Program-made: the position numbers and the translations under genes
Assembly (NCBI GenBank): GCA_976551045.1
Contig: CDPCPM010000026.1
Span: forward strand, 20,522,001-20,586,000
Direction: 5' to 3'
Origin: Glaucostegus cemiculus
Taxonomy: Eukaryota
DNA: 64,000 nt
Shown here: positions 39,561 to 52,326 of the stretch, one piece after another
How positions within the stretch are numbered: position 1 is the stretch's first letter
How the letters are laid out: each line of letters opens with the position of its first letter
The notes under the pieces: model-generated
Databases searched by the model: none
Told to the model about the DNA's origin: nothing
What the model saw: the letters and a program-made list of their open reading frames with translations, nothing else

Positions 39561-42300
39561 GCGTGGTGTTGACATACACCTGAATTCCATACTGGTGTTG
39601 GACTGCACGGGTTTGGGGTGCTATTAGAGTAGCCTAGGTGAGTAACTGTGGTGCATTCTGTAGATGGTATGCTAGCTATTGTGTGCCAATGGTTTGATCA
39701 AAACCAAATAGTTTGATCTGGATGGTCTTGTGGGTTTTTGAAGTTGCATTCATCCAGACAAGTGCATTCATCCATCACGTTCTTGACTTGTGCCTTGTGC
39801 ATGTCAAATTCATTTGCTTCAGAATACCCAGCATCTGATCTGAGATGGTAACCAGTTTTTAATGTTGTCAACCTAGTTTAGCTATCCCCAAGATTCTGAT
39901 GGTTTGTGGTAATGCCTTTGAATGAGTGTAGGTGGTTAAACTTTCACTTACTGGAGATGATCATTGTTTGGCACTTTAATAATGCAAATGTTAATTGCTA
40001 TTTCCATGCCTGAATGTGCTCTAGATTTTTCAGCATAGAAGCATGAACTGGTCCATTTGCTGAGGAGTTAAAATGGAATTGAACCTAGTGAAATCATCAG
40101 CAGATGTCCCCAGTTCTGACCTTGTGATGAGAGGAATATTATTGATAAAGCAGTGAAAGATGGATGGGCCTACAGCATTTCTCTGAAAAACTTCTGCAGT
40201 GATATCCTGGGGCCAGAGTGATTGTTCTTCAAGAGACAAGATCATCTTCTCTAGTGCAAACTGTGACCGTACATGCACTTCTTCCTTGATGTATGTTAGC
40301 TTCAGTTTTACCAGCACTCCTTGACATCACACTCGCCCATATGCTGCTTTGGTGTCAATTACTCTCACCTGAACTCTGGAATTTGGCTGTTTGGTCCATA
40401 TTTGAGCATTGCTGAATGAATCACTGAAGGGTCACTTAAGTGCCACTTGTTAACTCTGTTGATGATACCTTCCATCACTTTTCTGATGATTCAGAGTAGA
40501 TTGATTGAGTGATAATTTGCCAGATGGATTTGTCCTGCTTTTTGTGACAAGACATACCGAGGTGAAAGTCCTTGTTGGACAGATGCCAGATTGTAACTAT
40601 ACTAGAACAAATTGGATAGAGGCACATCTTATTTTGGAGCACAGGTCTTCAGTACCACAGCCAGGATGTTCTTTGGTCCCCTAACCTTTACTTTATCCAG
40701 TACTCTCAATTATTTCATGATGTCATGTGGAGTGAATCAGATTGGTTGAACACTGATGTCTGTAATGGTGGGGATCGCGAGAGGAAACTGAGATCCACTC
40801 TGTACTTTTAGCTAACTGGGGTTGCAAATGCTTTAGTCTTGTTCATAGCACTAGCATACTGGGTCCTGACATCGTTGAGAATGGGGATATTCTTGGGGGA
40901 ATTCTTGGAGTTGTCGCTGCCTCCTGTTGACTGTTTAGTTGTCCATTGCTATTCTCAAGACTACAGAGCCTTGATCTGATCCATCGGTTGTTAGATTACT
41001 TAGCTCTGTCTATTGCAACTTATCATGCTTGTAGTCCTGCAAGTAATTTACAGGTGGATTGGCAAGTCATTTAGACATCCCTGGTGCTGCTGGCATGCCC
41101 TCATTGAACCAGGTTTAATCGCCTGCCTTGACAGCAGTGGTAGAGGGAGGAATGCTCAGTCATGAGAGATGACTAATTGAAACAGTCAAACTTATGAGAG
41201 TAAACAGGGTAGATAAAGAGAGTATGGTTTTCTGGATGAGTCATTTGAATTAGGGGCCATTGCCTCAATATAAGTGGTAAGATATTTAGGGCTAAAATAA
41301 GGAGAACATTTTTCAGAGGATGGTGAATCCTTGGAATTCTTTATCTGGTAGTGTCATGGAGGCTTTGTCTTGCATTGCATTCAGAACTAAGAATGATAGA
41401 TTTTTGGATATTAGAAGGATTGGGGAATTTGGGGAAAACATATGAAAATTGTGTTGAGGTAAAAGACCAGCCACAGCTGTGATAAATGTTACAGACTGTG
41501 TTGGTGAATTTTTCTGCTGTTGCTGATGGTTAACAGCACCCTTGGATGTCCCCAGATCTTTTGCAAGTCTATCGGATTTAGTACAGTTGTAATTCACACA
41601 ACACAGTGGAGGTGTCCTTGTCGTGATGTCTCTGCAAGAATTGTACAGTAGTCCTTCTACCAGTGCTCTCATGGATAGATGTATCTGTCAGAGGTTGTTT
41701 GGTGAGGACATTCAAGTATGTACGTACCTCTTTTTGGTATACTTGCTCCCTTCTGTAGTTCCAGTCTGTGACAGTTATATCCTTCACTGCTAAATTGGTC
41801 AATGTTGGTGCAAGTGAGCCACATTTGGTGATTGACTTAGAAGTACCCCACCTAAAGAATTTTATTTATCCTTGCTACTTTCAGTATTTCGTCCAAGTAT
41901 TGTCAATGTGATGGAGCACTGATTTTTCAGTTAAACTGCAGTAGGTGATAGTTAGGAAGAGGTTTCCTTTTCTGGATGATATAATGTTTTGGGAGTTATG
42001 GGGGTCCAGACTCTTCCTTGCCTTCATGTTACTGTGACACTCTTTCTGGTGGGTATGTCCTACCGGGACGAAATGTACCCCAGTATTGTGGTAAAGGAGT
42101 CTGGCATGTTATCTGTGAATTATGATTCTGTGAGGATGACTATTCTAAGCTGTCACTTGACTAGTCTGTGGGGCAGCTATCCTAATTTAGACACCAGTCC
42201 CCAGATGTGTAGGAGGAGAAATCTGCAAGGTTGACTGGGCTGGGAGCAACTTTGCTATGTCCTAATTCTGTGCTTAGATTGATGCCAGGTGGTCTGTCAG
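39560..42300 (-). mobile_element. Large decayed CR1-group LINE, interrupted by a + strand CR1 3' end (~41170-41470)
   Basis: ITAEVFQRNAVGPSIFHCFINNIP..SELGTSADDF corresponds to RT 'GVPQGSVLGP..F..FINDLP...FADD'; endonuclease-like remnants near 41500-42250. Confidence 0.8.
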
Positions 42301-44558
42301 GTTTTATACTTTCTCAGTGTCAACATACCGATTATGATATGGCAAAGTAGGTTATATGACCATTTCAGTGGGCATTTAAGAGTCAACCACATTGGATTCA
42401 CATGTAGGCCAGGTCAGCTAATGATGGCAGATTTCCTCACCTGAAGGACATTAATGAATTAAAGATGAATAAAATGCCTTCATGGTTTGAATGTGGCAGC
42501 TTCTGTTGCAGTAACAATGGACATGAGCTGGTCACTATGAAGGAGGGTCTAAGATGTCAAGAACAAGCGACCCTTGCTCTTTGCCTCAGGGTCTTTAGCT
42601 TCCAATCTAGAATCCACTCTGTGGAGCAGGATGAGATGTTTTCCAAAAGATTCACAGGGGAAGCTCTGCAATCGGTCATGTGGGCCCAGGGACCATTGAT
42701 AACGTAGGAAGGAGGCCCAAAGAGCACGGGAGAGAGAGGTCAGTGGTGGAGTAGTTGGCAAGACCATAAGAGAGAGAGAGAGGCCCAGGCAACTTGTGGA
42801 GAGGGGCCCCCCAAAAAGCATGGGTCTGCAGACTAAAGAACTGCATGGCAAGGCATTGAAGGATATAGATCTAATCTTGCCAAAAGGGATGCGTGCAGAT
42901 GGACAGAAAGGTTGGCATCGAAGTGGCGGGTTAAAGGGCCCATTTCTGTGGTGTACAACTCTGACTCTATGATAACTGCATGTTCTGCCTCTGCTGTGCT
43001 AACAGCACGTAGCAGTGAAATTTACTTGAAATATAATTTTCTTATGACACTGCCTTTCAGGGTTTAACCAAAATAGTTTGATTGTACCCATAATTAGCTT
43101 CATAGTTAGTTATTATTATTGAGTCTTGTGGGTGAACTATTTGGTTAAAATCAGTCTCGTGGGGGAACCATTTGATTAAAATGGGTCACCTGAAAAAGAA
43201 GTTACTCTTAGCTATACAAAGGAAATATGTAACAAAAGTACTAGATCATCAATGTTTCTGATATTCCCATTTGCACCCCATTTTCATTCCATTCTCCCTG
43301 CAGATCCCTGACCTTGTGAACAATTGTTCTATTCACTCATTGCATCTTACCTAATGATACAGTTTTTGTTTGGCTTCTCTTTGTTCATAGTTAATCTGAG
43401 CACTAAAAATGCAATAATGCATTTATGGCACAGCATGGAAAGGCTACTTTAACTTTGTTGTAGTTCTATAGTATTCTCCTTGGGTAATTACAAAAACAGA
43501 AAGACTGTCATATGTATGGTTTACATATTATTGACACAATCCTTTAAACCTTAAATTATTTAGCCAAGCTTCCTATTGTGCTGCATGATTACAATTTTAT
43601 GACGACGGGCAAGTAAAAATTGAAGAAGCTACATTCTCGGCCCATAACTTTCTAGCTTATGCCTCTTTAAATTTTCGTCTGGATACTATTTAAATATAAA
43701 GAAAGTTGCTGACTCCAAGGTTATGAATTCCAGACCTGCATTAGTTGTTCATTGTAATTTTTTTTCTCAACTTTACAATTAATCTTTTTAATTGACTGGA
43801 TCTGTCAATTAAGTCTTTGTCCCTTAGTTATTATAGTCTTTGTTAAGGGAAGGAGGTCATTTCTGTTCATTTTGTGCAGGCTTACAACAATTTTGTGTGC
43901 TTTAGTTAAATCTTCCATTGATCTCCATTGTTCAAAGAAAACAGCATGGCCTAACTACAGTTTTTCATCCTTAGCAATATCCTTGTAAATATTTGCATTC
44001 TTTCCGGTACAAATACATCCTTCCTGTTATGCGATGGCCATCTCTGTGCAGAGCTGTAATATCAGTAAGATTTTATATACTTATAGCTTGACTTCGTCCC
44101 TTGCATTCTTTGCCCACATAATGAAATTCTTAACTACTAAAATGACTTTTGAGGATCATAAGTTTATAAGGGAACATTAATTTTCCACTCCTTAAGCTTT
44201 ATAATATAAAACATTAAACTATGTCAAGTTTACTGAAGGGGAGCTTTGATGGCCTTGCACCTGAATGAAAGGTTAGCTACTGGCAAGCGTGTAATGTTCA
44301 GTATATCTGCATTTAGATGTACTCCAAAATATAGGATAACAGATCTTACTGAGTAAGGAATCATTGCAGTTACCATCTCTAAAATGCAGTGTTGAATTTT
44401 AATAGTTGCCATGTTCAAATAGAATCAAGGCAAAGACATCATTAACTAATCTTGTGTTTCTCTGCATTAATGATCTTTATAACCTGTTTTTAGGAGCCGT
44501 TAATTAATTGCCGCCAAGACAAGACCCTAGTGGATTTTACACATTCCTACTCTCAAGC

Positions 44559-44869
44559 ATGGATGATGACGATGCCATTCACAGGTTGGAGGGCTGTGAC
44601 CCTGGCAATCAGATTGGGGGATTGATAATAAAAAAGAAGAGTGCCACAGATGATCAGCATATCTTTCGAGCCCCAGCACCAAAGACCTCACTACTGGGGC
44701 TTGATAAATTGGCTGCCCAGAAGAGAAAAGAACGGGAAGAGAAAGAAGAAAAAGAGGAAAAGAAGAAATCCAAGGTGTCATCATACAAAGACTGGGAAGA
44801 GGGAAAGGAAGACTTTGTCCCTATTGAGGAGAGTGATAGCAAAGCTGGCAAAACTGGGAAAAAGGAGAG
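44559..44869 (+). CDS. DHX38: DHX38 first coding exon (MDDDDAIHRLEGCDP...SLLGLDKLAAQKRKERE...VSSYKDWEE); exon starts at 44494
   Basis: ttttag acceptor at 44493, ATG 44559; PRP16 N-terminal motifs HRLEG, SLLGLD, SSYKDWEE; ends at a GC donor (AG|GCAAGA) required by phase. Confidence 0.9.
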
Positions 44870-45049
44870 GCAAGATGCTCTAGTTACCTAATAATACTAT
44901 TGATCTTTACAGAACTTTTTGTTTTTTTTTGTTTACTGCTTTATTATATATCCATATTTGCAAAAGGCATCTATCCTTTTGTACTTACACAAATAGTATC
45001 TTGGATAAGAAGATGTGAATTCTTCCAAATGATAGAGGAAACCTCAATA

Positions 45050-45437
45050 TTGTTCAGGCTGAACAATAGCTTCTTTCCGCAAGGCATCAGAACTGCAAAC
45101 TCTCTCATCCCTCCATCTTCCTTTGTTAACACTAAGAGATGCTAGGTGCACAGAAATGCACCAGCACTTTAAATGCCCGACACCAGCCCGTTCACTTTAA
45201 TAACTATTTATTTATTTACCGGCCATTTTTAATTTAATCTGCATACTAATTTAATTTTAACTTCCGTAGCTTTTAATGTCTAATGTTTTGTAATGTTTGT
45301 TCTGTCAAGTGTGTATGTGTGTCTCTGTTGGTTGTTATGTTATTTAATGGGATGAGCACCTGAGGAGGACGGTATCTCGCTCCTATGCATACTATGTATG
45401 TATATGGTTGTGACAATAAAACTGATTCTGATTCTGA
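45050..45437 (+). mobile_element. Rex1/Babar-like LINE 3' end
   Basis: RLNNSFFPQGIRTAN; tail aataaaactgattctgattctga. Confidence 0.8.
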
Positions 45438-45464
45438 ATAGCATATGCACTTTCAAATTAATCA

Positions 45465-46108
45465 AGTACAGAGTTCCCTGAGAGTGGCAACATTGGTAGA
45501 CAGGATGATGAAGTAGTAATGTGGCTTGCTTGTCTACATTGGCCGAGGTGTTGAGGACAAGAGTTGGAATGTCATGTTACAGTTGAACAAAGTGTTGGTT
45601 AGGCTGCACTTGGAGTATTATGTGCCACTCTAGTTTCTAAACTACAGGAAAGATGTGATTCAGCTAGAGAGGGTGCAGAAAAGACTCATGTTGTCTGGAT
45701 TGGAGAGCTTGGGTTATAAAGAGAGATTGGGTAGGCTTGGTCTGTTTTCCCTGGAGTGAAGGAGGTTAAGAAGTGAAATAATAGAGGTATATAAAACTAT
45801 GAGAGGGGTAGATAGCCAGAGCCTATTTCCCTCTATAACTTGAGGGCATAGGTTTAAAGGTGAGAGGGAGGAAGTTTAAAGGGATCTGAAGGATAAATTT
45901 TTGGCACACTGAGTAGTTAGTACGTGGGATGTGCTACCAGAGGTGATGATGGAGGCAGGAACAGAAGGCATCTGGACAGGTACTTAAATGAGCAAGTTAT
46001 TGAGAATATGAAATTAATGCAGGCAAGTGATATTAGTGTAAATGGGCATGATGGTCAGCATAAATGAGGTGGGCTGAAGGGCCTCTCTATGCTATACAAC
46101 TCTATGAC
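45465..46108 (+). mobile_element. CR1 3' portion
   Basis: LVRLHLEY, KDVIQLERVQK, LGYKERLGRLGLFSLE; tail gggctgaagggcc...ctctatga. Confidence 0.88.
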
Positions 46109-46610
46109 AAGTTTGAAAGGTGCTTATGCTAGTGCATGGAGCTTGGCTAACTGTCATGTTCTTTTTAGTTCTTTCATTTGCAGATCTTGTTCTGATCACC
46201 CTCATCCTTCCCACGCCACCCCGCCCCTCAAAACTCCCCCAGCTGTCACTGGTATTGTTCAAGCCCCTATTGCCTCATTGCCTCTGGCATTTAGGACGAG
46301 GACAATTTCATAGAACATGTGAACAATGGATTAGTATTAGGTGTGAGTTGATACCAAGTTCTGGCATAAAGTAACAAGTGGATTGTACTTAATCCTTTGC
46401 ATAAGTATAAACAACTTATTCAAAAATTTAATGCAAAAATTGAATTGTAATATTCTAGGGATTGTTGCCAGAAAAATTGTGTGCAAGTGCTGCTTCAACT
46501 TCAAAATTCAGTTATTATAGTTGTATGGTTATTATTTAAGTTAATTTTAAACAAAAGTTGTTGCAGTGTAGTCATGTGAGCATTGTCAAAAATTGGACTT
46601 TTTCTTACAG

Positions 46611-46801
46611 ATACTATCGTACTTCTGGTGCAGAGACACCTTCACACACAGGTGGTGTTAGTGAGGAATTTAAGGAACGGCATCGACAAAGAGAACGGGA
46701 TCGCCGAGAACATGGAGTTTATGCATCTTCAAAGGACAATGATAAAGAAAAGAAAAGGGATCGAAGTAGAGACCATGATCGTGAATCAAGGAGGGACAGA
46801 G
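46611..46801 (+). CDS. DHX38: DHX38 coding exon ([20 protein letters not shown]...[10 protein letters not shown])
   Basis: ttacag acceptor, g|gtaaat donor, 191 bp; ETPSHxGGV motif. Confidence 0.93.
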
Positions 46802-47069
46802 GTAAATTTTTGACTCTTTTTATTGGAGTTGTGAATGTATTTGCAATGGTGAATCAAGCTTTCTGTATCATTTTACCTAATTTTGCTGCCATATTTTGAA
46901 TTCCAGCTCTGCTGCCATTTAGGGACTTTGATATGACTTATGTTAAACTATCTCTCAACATAAGAAGTAGAAGCTGGAGTTGGCCTTTTGTCCTCTCATG
47001 CCTGCACTGCCACTCATAAAGATCATGGTTGATTTTCTACCTCATTACCCAGTAGCATTAATGGAACTG

Positions 47070-47530
47070 GAAAGGTCAGCATGTGTTTATGAAAGGGAAA
47101 TCATGCTTAATAAATGTACTGGTGTTTTTTTGAGTGTTTAATTGGTCGGATGGATAAGGGGAGCTAGTGACTTTCAGGAAGCTCTTTGATAAAGTTCCAC
47201 ATAAGTGGTGAGTGTGCAAGATTAAAGCTCATGGGATTGGAGTAATATACTGGCATGGACTGAGAATTGGTTGATGGATGGAAAAGAGGAGGAATAAATA
47301 GGAAGAAAAAGGAATTTGGGTTGCAGGCAGTGACTAGTGGGGTGTTGCAGTGATCAGTGCTTGGGCACCAGCTATTGACAATATATATCAAGGATATGGA
47401 TGAGTGAATGAACATTTCCAGATGATACTAAGGGGGTGGTGGGTTGGGAGAAATGATGAATGTGAGCTTTAAAAAAGATGCAAAGAGGCTCCAATGTGAT
47501 TTAGATGAGTCGGGTGAGCATGCAAATGCA
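47070..47530 (+). mobile_element. CR1 RT fragment
   Basis: SQHVFMKGKSCLIN, DFQEALDKVPH, VTSGVLQ*SVLG remnants. Confidence 0.8.
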
Positions 47531-48278
47531 TTGGAAATGCAAAGTTTTATGATCAGAGTGCCAGTTGGTCTACTCTTGCTCCTATTTTCTCTGTTTCTGA
47601 ATTAAACCTAAGAAGTCCAGCCACAGCTACAGAGCTTCTGGGCCTGCATGAACAGGGAAAGTACTTGTGCTCTCCTAACCAATCAAACTTAAGACTCCTT
47701 ATTGAAGATTCCAGACACTGATCCAGGATGTGCAAGTCAGAATGTGTTGCTGTTCTTAGCTGAGGGTTCATAAACCAGGCAACATAGATTTAAAATAATT
47801 GGGTCAAAGGATTTTAGTTAGGGAAAAAACATCACCAAGAAGATGGTGGGGTCTGAAATGCATGAAAGAGAGACTGAAATAGAAATCTGGGTGCCTGAAT
47901 GTGTCCGTGGAAGGATCGTAATCTGCAGGCCAACAGATCAAGTAGTGGGAGGTCAGATTAGATTGAACTGCACTTTTTTTGATGAGCATAGACATAGTGA
48001 TCTTAATCTTCTGTGTCTTATATTTTCTATGATTCTAGCTAATTTAATGCCAAACTGGGAACAGAGGGAATGATATTCAATTAAGAAATGGAGAGAGAGA
48101 GGAGACAGAATTATGTGTTTTTATTTTAAATTTCCAATACTAATTAAAATCTGGAGAATTGAAACTGCAAACCCAGTTATTAAAGTTAATTTTCATTTCC
48201 AGAGAAGCTGCTTGTCTGGCAATAAAACTTGCCATGCTGTTAAAAAGGTACTTAAACTGGGATGAACTAGTCATAAGA

Positions 48279-48872
48279 TTTCCTTCCAGCTGGCCATTGG
48301 CAAAGGTTAATGTTTTGGGACGATAATTTTGTTTAGTAACTTTGTGCTGTAAAGTTCCTAAACAAGAATATGGTCCCAAAATGCACAGGGAATGATGAGA
48401 TCCTATGCCTTGGAATCTTCTGGAGGAACATCATATATTGAATAAAAATAATGTGTCTGGATTTGTGCAATTAATTGTGCATATGGAGTTTCAGAAAGTT
48501 AATGGCTCAGGTAATGTAAATAACTGAACAATTATAGCCTTACTATTATTCCTATATAGCTACATTGGTAGTTCATCTGCTGAAATATTAAGAGTTTTTT
48601 TAGATCTGCATCTCTGCCACACAGACCATTCTTTGGATTGAAGTATTTAGTTTATTACATATATTATTTCCTGTAAGGTCATGTCATTGCTCATCCTTTT
48701 TGTGCTGCACCTTTGCAGCTGATTTCAAATGTCATATTTGTATATCAGCTGTTAGCTTCCTTGTGTTATTTAAAAATGGTTCATAACTGGATATCATTGA
48801 TAGTATTCCTGTAGAGTGGTTGCAGACTGTAAGCTTTATTTTCCTTCCAGCTGGCCATTGGCAAAGGTTAAT
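48279..48872 (+). repeat. Exact 33-bp direct repeat (48279-48311 and 48840-48872)
   Basis: TTTCCTTCCAGCTGGCCATTGGCAAAGGTTAAT present twice, 561 bp apart. Confidence 0.95.
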
Positions 48873-49544
48873 TTTTAGAGCTTATTTAGCATTTTTTGTT
48901 TCAGTTTTTAATTGATTATTGTTTTTTCCCCCTTGTGTAGAATGATCATTTTCACCCATTTGTTTTCTATTATACTTGCATTCTCTTGCCATAATTTATC
49001 ATATTTCTGTCTTAAGAAACAATATTTCTATTTCAAATTGAGTAAGTTCAGAGTATCAAAATATTATATGATTAAGAGTTTCTCATGTATAAATAATGAA
49101 AAATGGAAGTGTTCCCTATTAATTGTTCAGCTGAATTTGTGTATATAGTGTAAATGGTTGTTATGAATTGCACTTAAATATTTGAATTAAACAGCATGTG
49201 CCATTTTATTTTCTCCACTCCATTCTATTGAAGTTTACAAATTCCTCTCAGTTCAAAGATTCTTAATTTAGGTAACCATGTGAACTACATCTTACTTTGC
49301 TGTAATACTATGCTGTTTAATTCTGATTATTGGATGCTCCGTTTCATCAACCAGTCCAATAAGTGATTTGGAATATCAGATTTGTAGAGTATAATCATCT
49401 CTACTTCAACCTTTTGTGCGTCTTTACTACTTTATTAGCTCTGCAAAACATAAGTTTCTTAAGAATCTACTATGGTTTGGTTTCACACGGGGAAAAAAAT
49501 GTAAATTAGCTCCATCCAGGTAGTATTTATGTTGTTCCATCTAG

Positions 49545-49694
49545 ATGATCGAGAGTCGAGTAGGTCCAGCTCATCTAGAATAAAGGACAGAGAAAGGTCT
49601 GAGCGAAGTGAGAGGAGTTATAGAGACAATTGCTCAGATCGAAGCAGAAGCAACAGAAAAGATGAACCAGACACGCCCAGGCATAGATTGAAAG
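49545..49694 (+). CDS. DHX38: DHX38 coding exon (RS/RD-rich; DRESSRSS...EPDTPRHRLK)
   Basis: atctag acceptor, aag|gtgagc donor, 150 bp, phase 1-1. Confidence 0.9.
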
Positions 49695-50651
49695 GTGAGC
49701 ACAAACATTGAGCAATATTCAGAATGAATGAAAATGTTTCTTAAATTTATATGTAAATAAATACAATTTTCAAGCAGTCTGATTATCATTGAATAGATAA
49801 CCTGTTTCTTGAAATACCATGTTCTTAAGAGAGTGGCTAGGAAGAGAGACATGAGTGATGATTTATGGAATTAAAACCTGATTTTACTGTCATATTCACA
49901 GATCACAATGGTTATAACGTAAAAGGAGACCATTTGGCCCATTGAGTCCATTCTGACTATGTAAGAGTAATCCAGCTAGTTCCACTTTCTTGCCACTTCT
50001 TCATAGTCCTGCAAATTCGTTTCCTTCAGATACTTTTGAACATTACAGTTGAATCTGCCTCCAATACTACCACTGGCAGTGTATTCCAAACCCTAATCAG
50101 TGACTATGTAAAGCAAGAAATTAATTTTCCCTCACATGAACTTGGTTTCTTTTGCCTCTCACCCTCATTCTACGTCTGAAGGGTCTTGGCCCTTCTGGCA
50201 TTAGGGTCTAGCTTTTTTTTCTTTCTGTTCTGTCTATACTTTTCAAGGCTTTTAAATACCTCATCAAATCCACTTAAAACTTATTCTGTTTCAATGATTT
50301 ATGGAATCTTTTCTCGTCTGTCCAGATAACTGAAGTCTCCCAGAACTGGGCGCAATACTCCAATTGCGGCCAAACCAATGTTTTATAATGATGAAAACTG
50401 AAGACTAAAGTTCAATACAAGTTTAACTAAATTATTTTCAGATCTCACTCTCTGGAAATAAATCCTTTTGCTGGCATTATTAAACTGGATGATTAATGGA
50501 TTTCTGTTTTGAGATCTTTTGCTACTTTACATTTAGATTCTTATTTTCCAAATAATCTGATCTCTATTATTCTTGACAAATGCAAAAATTCTCAATTATC
50601 TATGTTGAAATTCATTTATCTATTCTCCATGTTTATTCCTATTATATGTTG

Positions 50652-50848
50652 TCAGTTCTTCCCCTCTACCATCAGATTTCTGAATGGCCAATGAACCCAC
50701 GAACACTACCTCGTTATTCCTCTTTTGCACTATTTATTTGTTTTTGCAACTTATAGTAATTTTTATGTCTTTATGTCTCGCACTGTACTGCTGCTGCAAA
50801 ACAACACATTTCATGGCATTTGTCAGTGATAATAAACCTGATTCTGAC
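50652..50848 (+). mobile_element. Rex1/Babar-like 3' end (same family as 18203-18630)
   Basis: FFPSTIRFLNG; tail aataaacctgattctga. Confidence 0.85.
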
Positions 50849-51449
50849 GTTATGTACTAAGAGTAGGTCATTAGGCCTTGAGCCTGATCCACCCTTTATT
50901 AGATCTGACCTTGATCTCACCTCCATTTTCCTTTCTGCCACCCTTAACCCATTATTTTCCTCATGTCTAAAAATCTGTCTTGGCCTTGAATATCCTTAAT
51001 GACTTGATTTGTGCAGTTCTCTGGGGTTGAGAATTCTAATGATTCACAACCTTTTGAGATAATGGTTTCTCTGCATCTCAGTATTAACTGGCTGGCTCTT
51101 CACCCTGACATGGTGCATCCTAGTTGAAGGTTCAGATTATTCCTTTTTTTTGATATCCATCTGCAATTTAGATATTGCAGTTTTGACTCTACTGTCTAGC
51201 TTATTAATTTAAATTAACTTCACAAGCCTCGACCTTTCGAGTCTGTTTTGTGCTGCCTTATCCAAGGCCTATTGGAAATCCTAGATGAACTACTTGTATT
51301 GCAATACCGTTGCATACTCTCTGTCATCAAGGTGGAAAGTTTAAAGACATTGGTCATGGAAGATTTTCTCTTTGAAATCCTAATTTTTGAATGCGACAAG
51401 TTATACATTTTCTCTTTCTCCAATATTTTTCTTAACAATGAAGTTAAGC

Positions 51450-51900
51450 TAACTTGTCTGATGTTGAGAGGTTTGCTCTATGAATGAGAATGAGTAAAAT
51501 TGCCCCTTATTCACTGGAAATTTGAAAAGTGAGAAGTGATCTTGTTTTGTTATAAAAGATTCTGAGAAGGATTGAAAGGTAAATGCCTCCTGGCATTTAC
51601 TTCTAGTAAAAGCTAGGTGGCAACGATCCAGGAAAAGCAGTTTGCCATTTAGGATTGAAATGATGAGATAATCCTTGGCAAAGGGTTGTAAATATTTGAA
51701 TTTCTCTTACTTGAGGACTGTGGTAGACTCTCAGTCATTGTGTATTAAAGGCTGAAATCAGTGGATTTTTGGAAAAGGATATCAGATGACATGGGGATGA
51801 AGCGAGAATGTGGATTTGAAGCACAGGGTCAGTCATGATTTTGTTAAATGGAAAAGTGAACCCAAGTGTCTTTTAGTCAACTTCTGCTTAATGATGTTCC
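51450..51900 (+). mobile_element. Decayed CR1 3' end
   Basis: GLLYE..LPLYSLE..RSDL remnants. Confidence 0.65.
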
Positions 51901-52326
51901 TAGTTCCCTAGAAGTATTCCAGTGCCCTTCCCAAATATAGTTATCTTTAGTTCTCCAGCAGTCTCCTAGCACTGCTCTCCTTTTAATGGATCGTTGGTGC
52001 CTGTTATCTTTTATATTCTTTCAAAATCTGTGGACATATGAGCTCTAGACCAGGGCTTTTATCCTCTGCATTAGATTAGTTTGTTTAATATTTTTCCTTT
52101 TGTTTTGGGTGAATAAAAGATCAAAATAGGGGAAAATTGTAGAGCATTTTCACATTTACCAGCAGCATTGCCAAAACTGTGCAATAAATTCTTTGGCTCC
52201 AGTCCTTTCATCTAGAAGACATAGAAAGAGTGAATGTGAGTAGAGGATACTTTGGTGGCTTAGAATGAAATGAAAAGGGCATGATTTTAATGTTTTGTGT
52301 CACTTGAAATTGCCTTGTTTTTATAG

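Noticed and set aside
38737-39627. Several overlapping 60-138 aa ORFs at the CpG island
   Set aside because: Expected in GC-rich, stop-poor DNA; only the 74-bp PSMD7 segment has a recognisable protein.
42549-42851. 100-aa minus-strand ORF with FPCESFGK, vaguely zinc-finger-like
   Set aside because: Second Cys missing and no splice context; probably a decayed retroelement fragment that I cannot assign.
44508-44558. N-terminal extension of DHX38 from the TTG start in the ORF track
   Set aside because: Artefact of alternative-start ORF calling; recognisable similarity begins after ATG 44559.
48392-48530. Possible C/D-box snoRNA (ATGATGA ... CTGA) in a DHX38 intron
   Set aside because: No terminal stem and no recognisable rRNA/snRNA antisense element.
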